A DNA stretch of 64,000 nt from Thermodesulfobacteriota bacterium (GTDB lineage: Bacteria > Desulfobacterota > Desulfarculia > JACQYL01). This document shows positions 60,963-64,000 of the stretch, piece after piece. Numbering within the stretch: position 1 is the first letter of the stretch; every line of letters starts with the position of its first letter. The stretch lies in NCBI GenBank assembly GCA_963675595.2, contig CAXXLZ010000001.1, positions 448,001-512,000 of the forward strand, in the 5' to 3' direction. A model generated the notes under the pieces. The model did not search any database. It had not been told where the DNA came from and saw nothing but the letters and a program-made list of their open reading frames with translations. The position numbers were made by a program, and so were the translations under genes.

Positions 60963-61308
60963 GCTGAAGATCAATTTTATGCATCGCTAATCTGCGAAAA
61001 TAGCAGACGTCTTCACACTACCCATCATTTGAATGGAAACAGCCTACCGCGAAAAGCGCGCATTGAGGCGCTGTCAAGACCTGCTGAGTTTGTCCCCCCC
61101 GTGAACAATCACCATCCCGCCATCCCCATTTCTCGGCGGAACCTTGAAAGACGCGATTTGCGGCCAACGCGACGCAAGCCCCCATTTCACGAGATTTTCG
61201 CGCCTTTTACAACGAGCCTAAAAAGTCCCTGCACCCGATCAGGGAGGGCCGAAACCGCTTCGGAGTGCCTCCGGATTTCCGGATACCCTCTCCCTCCACA
61301 TGCATGCT

Positions 61309-61388
61309 TGGCCGAGCGGAAATCACCTCTCTGAATTAGGAGTCCGGTTTTCGTAGGTTCAGGCCACAGTGCCTGCCCTGGTTTCGGC
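61309..61388 (+). repeat. REP-like repeat family C, copy 2
   Basis: Direct repeat of 59990-60068; the identical core lies 1320 bp downstream. Confidence 0.85.
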
Positions 61389-62117
61389 GGAACCCAGGAA
61401 TCCGTCGGGCTGAAACAACGAGCTATAGACCGCCGGTCTTCAACACCCCTTGAACACGATGGATGTATCAAAACCGGTTCCCGGCCCTTCCCCTGAAATC
61501 GCCCTCAAAAATGACGGGAATTACCCATTGACGGCACCCTTCTTTTGGAACATATAATCAAAAAGGAGGAAATGCCCTCTTTCGTCACAAAATCGTCCGT
61601 ACATCATCAACTCGCCGCAAGACGGAGTCGCCGCCTCCCGGTGACCTAAAGCGCCGACGATACATGGGCTCAAGCCGCCGACCTGCCTACACCTTCTGGC
61701 GGAGGAAGAGGGCATGATCGGTTTACCTAGACCGTAGGAGTCGAGAGGAGTCCGACCGGGCCTGTTTTGGTGCAGAAGAAGGGCCGGACAGGGAAGGGAC
61801 CGGCTGGGGGAGGCAAGTTGAGCCTTGCGTGTCGTATGGAACTCTACCGGATATGGTGTTTTCGGCCGCTTGCGAAATAACGGCCACATAAGGCAACCTG
61901 TTTTGTCGGTTTCGAGTGCAACCGAAGTCTTTCGTCTCGTTTCTGTGCAATCAATGTGGCATACGGTTGGCTATGAATTCATTTCGTATAGTCGAGCAAA
62001 GTGTGTATCAGCCATAATGCAAGTATTATTAAGCGTTAAGGTTCATAAAGACCATTGTTGTTTGGAATGAAATAGTCAAAAGGCAATATCTGACCCAAAC
62101 TTGTCGTTAGGCATCAA

Positions 62118-62561
62118 ATGACGTGGACAACAGATCCAATCAAAGATGAACTTGTCTATATTGAAGCGGTAGAGATAAACGAGGATGAAGTGCGTGGCTT
62201 CGGATCTGAGGGGGACTTCGTTGCAAAGTCTGTTGATCTTTTGATCGAGGTGGGATCATATGTCTCCGTAGCTGCAAGTCTTTACCGGTCTGTCGACATG
62301 ACCTGGAACCGGGACGAGGCGGTCCTTGGTGGACATATGATTCGTCTCTATAAGCTTATTGACGCTCTTCTCGATCAGACCTGTAAAAACCGCCGCGAGA
62401 CTTCCTTTGCGATAGCGAGGCTTGTTTTTGAATGCATTGTTAATCTTCGATATCTGGTGACCAATTCTTCAGAGGAACTATTCCGAATCTATCGTTTGTA
62501 TTCATTGCAGCACGAGCTTCGGCTACTGAAGCGAATTGAAACGAATGTCAAGGCCACCTGA
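62118..62561 (+). pseudogene. AT-richer hypothetical gene (DUF5677-like) truncated by IS insertion
   Basis: AIARLVFECIVNLRYL motif. Its TGA (62559-62561) is formed by the terminal TG of the adjacent IS end. Confidence 0.55.
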
Positions 62562-62875
62562 TTTTGTCCACAAAACGCCGGGATAAAATGTCCACTAAAC
62601 AACGGTTTCATTGGGTTGATATGGGTCCGACGACTCGGGATGGCGGTTGCTTCGCCGGGCATTGAGAGCGGGGAACCGCCCGGCGCTTCCGCCGGCAATG
62701 TCTCTGCGCGAGCGGCGCGGCACTTATGGGGTGCCGCTTCTCCCGCTCGCCCGACATTGCGGCTTCGCGCCTTCCGCGAGTCGGTTACTCGCCATGCGGC
62801 TAAGCCGCGTCGGAGGTTTGAGCTTCCGTGATGTCGGCGCCGTGTGTGGAACCCACGAGGCCCGCTTTGCGCTTC
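62559..62875 (-). mobile_element. Right end of a probable IS21-family element (istB 3' end plus terminal repeat)
   Basis: Terminal TG with repeated TGTCCAC motifs (TGATTTTGTCCACAAAACGCCGGGATAAAATGTCCAC). Minus-strand 62874-62800 encodes KRKAGLVG...*, which resembles IstB C-termini. Confidence 0.6.
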
Positions 62876-62949
62876 TGGAATGCCCCCCGATAATTGGTCC
62901 ATGTATAATGAGAGTCTGAATGCCCAAAGAACGGAAGGAGACTTTTTGC

Positions 62950-63231
62950 ATGGCCAAGAGAAAGAGACACAGCGCGGAGCAAATCATCCGGAAACTTGAA
63001 GACGCGGACCGTCGTCTGACGGCAGGGCAGACGATAGCGCAGGTTTGCCAATCGCTGGAGGTGAGCGAGGCGACGTACCACCGGTGGCGAAACCAGTATG
63101 GGGGGATGAAGGCTGAGGAGGCCAAACGGCTAAAAGAACTGGAAAAGGAAAATGCACGCTTAAAAAAGCTGGTCGCCGATCTGATGTTGGACAAGGCAAT
63201 GCTGAAGGATCTTGCGGAGGGAAACTTCTAA
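62950..63231 (+). CDS. IS3-family transposase OrfA
   Basis: KRHSAEQIIRKL, VSEATYHRWRNQYGGM, RLKELEKENARLKKLVADL. Confidence 0.92.
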   Translation: MAKRKRHSAEQIIRKLEDADRRLTAGQTIAQVCQSLEVSEATYHRWRNQYGGMKAEEAKRLKELEKENARLKKLVADLMLDKAMLKDLAEGNF

Positions 63232-64000
63232 GCCCGGCGCGTCGTAGGAAAGCGGTTGATTATGTTCGAAGTGAACATGCCGCTTCAGAGCGTCGGGCCT
63301 GCCGCGTAGCCGGTCAACACCGATCCACCCAACGTTATGAGCCGAAGGAACGGGACGATGAGGTGGAACTGATCAAGGCTCTTCACCGGTTGGTTGGAGA
63401 ACATCCCCGTTTTGGATGCCGTAGGATCACTCGGCTGCTGCGTGATGCGGGGTGGGCGGTAAACTACAAGCGAATTCATAGACTTTGGAAAGAGGAGGGA
63501 TTCAAGGTACCTCGAAAAGCCAAGAAGAAACGCTTCCTGGGAGTTGATGCCAATGCGTGCAACAAGCGTAAGGCGGCTTTTGCAAATGATGTCTGGACGT
63601 TGGATTTCATTCATGACCGCTTGGTCGACGGCCGTCAGTTCAAGTGCTTGGCCATTGTCGACGAGTTTACTCGGGAAAACCTGGCCCTGAGGATCAACCG
63701 CTCCATTACGGGTGAAGACGTTTTGAACGAGCTGAGCCGATTGATGGGCGAGCGGGGAGTTCCAACGGGCATTCGATCGGATAACGGTCCCGAATTTATA
63801 GCCCAAAAGGTGAGAAATTGGCTGAAAGACCTGGGAGTGGGAACCTTTTTCGTCGAGCCGGGAGCCCCTTGGCAGAACGGGTACGTGGAAAGTTTCAACA
63901 GCCGTTTTCGGGATGAATTCTTGAACATGGAAATTTTCAACAACATCAAGGAAGCGCAGACTCTGGCCGCCAAATGGCGGAAAGTCTATAACGAGGAAAG
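63219..64000 (+). CDS. IS3-family transposase OrfB (DDE), -1 frame, truncated by window end
   Basis: Slippery GGGAAAC at 63219-63225. The -1 frame reads KLLSPARRRKAV...SERRACR...WTLDFIHD...IRSDNGPEF...PWQNGYVESFNSRFRDE. Confidence 0.9.

Larger units (their letters stand above)
62876..64000 (+). mobile_element. IS3-family insertion sequence (right end beyond the window)
   Basis: Left IR TGGAATGCCCCCCGATAATTGGTCCA; orfA/orfB with a -1 frameshift site. Confidence 0.92.

Overview
GC-rich bacterial window, probably from an anaerobic Desulfobacterota/deltaproteobacterium. This host call is inferred from the gene families (HesB-like protein, PEP-CTERM-type protein, 2-hydroxyacyl-CoA dehydratase subunits) and the repeat families. 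The left edge has mnmG (truncated), a GalT-like gene and a divergent cobalamin adenosyltransferase-like gene. The centrepiece is a ~29.4 kb, all-plus-strand biosynthetic cluster (3866-33276). It encodes five cobalamin-binding radical SAM enzymes and two type I PKS-like proteins. All three of their KS domains lack the decarboxylation His and their AT regions are eroded. It also encodes four free carrier proteins, a PPTase, two AMP-ligases, a PLP decarboxylase, a PP-loop (AANH) enzyme, an activator-less 2-hydroxyacyl-CoA dehydratase pair, GNATs, a methyltransferase, an acyl-CoA dehydrogenase and an amidohydrolase. I found no AT, KR, DH, ER, TE or NRPS C domain. Downstream are an ICMT-like methyltransferase, a sigma54-driven PEP-CTERM-type protein, a DUF481 barrel and a MacAB-like ABC exporter. 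These are followed by stress/housekeeping genes (HesB-like, dnaJ, patB, OmpA-TSP3 lipoprotein, catalase) and a large secreted HExxH protein. The right end is a mobile hotspot with a RAYT remnant, several REP/MITE families, TA modules and a nested IS3-in-IS21 insertion. All calls come from motif reading; no database searches were run.
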